DNA of 64,000 bases from Balanoglossus misakiensis (taxonomy: Eukaryota; Animalia; Hemichordata). Under the pieces are notes generated by a model. It had not been told where the DNA came from and ran no database searches. It worked only from the letters and a program-made list of their open reading frames with translations. Shown here piece after piece: positions 62,845 through 64,000 of this stretch. Location: contig CM082581.2 of assembly GCA_040954595.2 (NCBI GenBank), positions 2,906,699-2,970,698 on the forward strand, given 5' to 3'. Within the stretch, counting starts at the first letter, position 1, and the number at the start of each line of letters is the position of its first letter. The translations under genes were made by a program, and so were the position numbers.

Positions 62845-64000
62845 ATGGCATATGTGAAGAACCGTGTATTGGTTGTCGGACAGGAGTGGTGGCCGAGAAG
62901 TCGCAATATTGCAACATGTCTTACTGAGAGACAATTGGCCATCGATCTTGCTGGTGGAAACAACCAGGTTCACTTCATGGCGTTACAGGCTTCTGACAAA
63001 GAAGTTGAAGAAGCAAGGTCTCATAGAGTGGAGTTGATTCTCCCAATCAAAGAGGGGAAGCCGACAAATGATTGGTTAATTTTACACGAACACTATTTTC
63101 AACAGTTAAAGAAATATCACCCAATTACGACCATATACGGTACTGCTTGTAAGGATGGAACTGCGAGTACAGCAAGGAGTATTCAAGCAGAGGTTTTCCC
63201 ATCTGCGGACTTTGTTCCTGTCTATTCTGACACACCAGAAAACATGAATCTAGATCCTTTAGACTTGGCTGCCAAAGATGATGAAATGCTGGAATATGCA
63301 AAAAAGTGCTCTGTTAGTTTATCCGTTGGACCATCTGTGTATGAAGAGTTTGAGGTGAAGATTCAACCTTTGCTGAACCCACAAGTAGAGCACGTTGCAT
63401 ACATTCCCTGCATGAAGAAAGACGTCGGCAATCTTTCTGTGAATAAAACCGGTTTACGTAAAACCATCAATGTCCTATCTGTACATACTATAACAGGGCT
63501 GCAAGATCTGGAAGAATTTGAAGCAGTAGCGCGTGGCATGGGGAAAGTTGCTGACATATACAAGTATTTCTCTACGAACATCAAGTGGAAGTTAAGAGGA
63601 TATGTATCCTCTGAACCGTGTGAGGAATGTCAACAGATGCTAGAGAGGATGACAATGTCCGATCGATTAAATATCCACATGTATCCAAACAACGCATCGA
63701 TAAGCCAGTTAAAGAACGATTTGAAGCAGTGTGACATCGTGATAAATTGCACAACTAAAGGCGACCCATTTGGTGTATTCGGTCTTCTATCCTGCACTGC
63801 TGGTGTGCCTACAATACATCCAGAGCAATCAGGTCTGGCAACATTCCTAAAGGAACACTTCCCCTCCACTGGGGTACAAACTTGTGACGTGGGACCGAGC
63901 GAAAGTCTTGACAGCGGAAAAGAAAAGTGGGTATGTGCTATCATGGATATCCTAAGTGAATATGGCCGAGCAAAGAATGCTGCACAAGAACTGAAGACAG
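62845..64000 (+). CDS. GT-B fold / glycosyltransferase family 4 (Glycos_transf_1)-like protein, N-terminal 385+ aa in one exon, runs off the window
   Basis: Open frame from ATG 62845 to the window end, with a splice-acceptor-like ttag just before it. MAYVKNRVLVVGQEWW..RQLAIDLA, SVGPSV, DLKQCDIVI..GDPFGVFGLLSCTAGVPTI...SGLATFL and KWVCAIMDIL..AKNAAQELK follow the GT4 two-Rossmann layout. Confidence 0.8.
   Translation, partial: MAYVKNRVLVVGQEWWPRSRNIATCLTERQLAIDLAGGNNQVHFMALQASDKEVEEARSHRVELILPIKEGKPTNDWLILHEHYFQQLKKYHPITTIYGTACKDGTASTARSIQAEVFPSADFVPVYSDTPENMNLDPLDLAAKDDEMLEYAKKCSVSLSVGPSVYEEFEVKIQPLLNPQVEHVAYIPCMKKDVGNLSVNKTGLRKTINVLSVHTITGLQDLEEFEAVARGMGKVADIYKYFSTNIKWKLRGYVSSEPCEECQQMLERMTMSDRLNIHMYPNNASISQLKNDLKQCDIVINCTTKGDPFGVFGLLSCTAGVPTIHPEQSGLATFLKEHFPSTGVQTCDVGPSESLDSGKEKWVCAIMDILSEYGRAKNAAQELKT

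Overview
AT-rich, intron-rich eukaryotic genomic DNA, most likely from a marine invertebrate deuterostome such as a hemichordate or echinoderm (inferred from gene and repeat content). All exons and motifs were read by eye; no database search was run. From left to right: (1) the last 19 coding exons of a C2CD5 orthologue (+, 2774-23070); (2) a secreted mosaic gene, signal peptide-EGF-VWC/pacifastin-like-WAP-4xEGF, with lesions in two exons (+, 32948-36749); (3) a rearranged relic of a Gypsy-like element with a chromodomain and a baculovirus-F/errantivirus-type env fragment (37.6-38.9 kb); (4) two intact 15-exon GMC oxidoreductase paralogues in tandem (+, 40278-45888 and 47305-54750) with an apparent gene-conversion tract; (5) tRNA-Asn(GTT); (6) a long single-exon ORF, missing from the supplied track because it runs off the window, encoding a GT-B/GT4 glycosyltransferase-like domain with degenerate catalytic motifs (+, 62845->64000). 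Introns and intergenic DNA hold an RTE-X-like LINE, many MITEs (TTAA, TA and 9-bp TSD types), Helentron-like elements, and a double-palindrome family whose three copies show arm-to-arm conversion and loop flipping.
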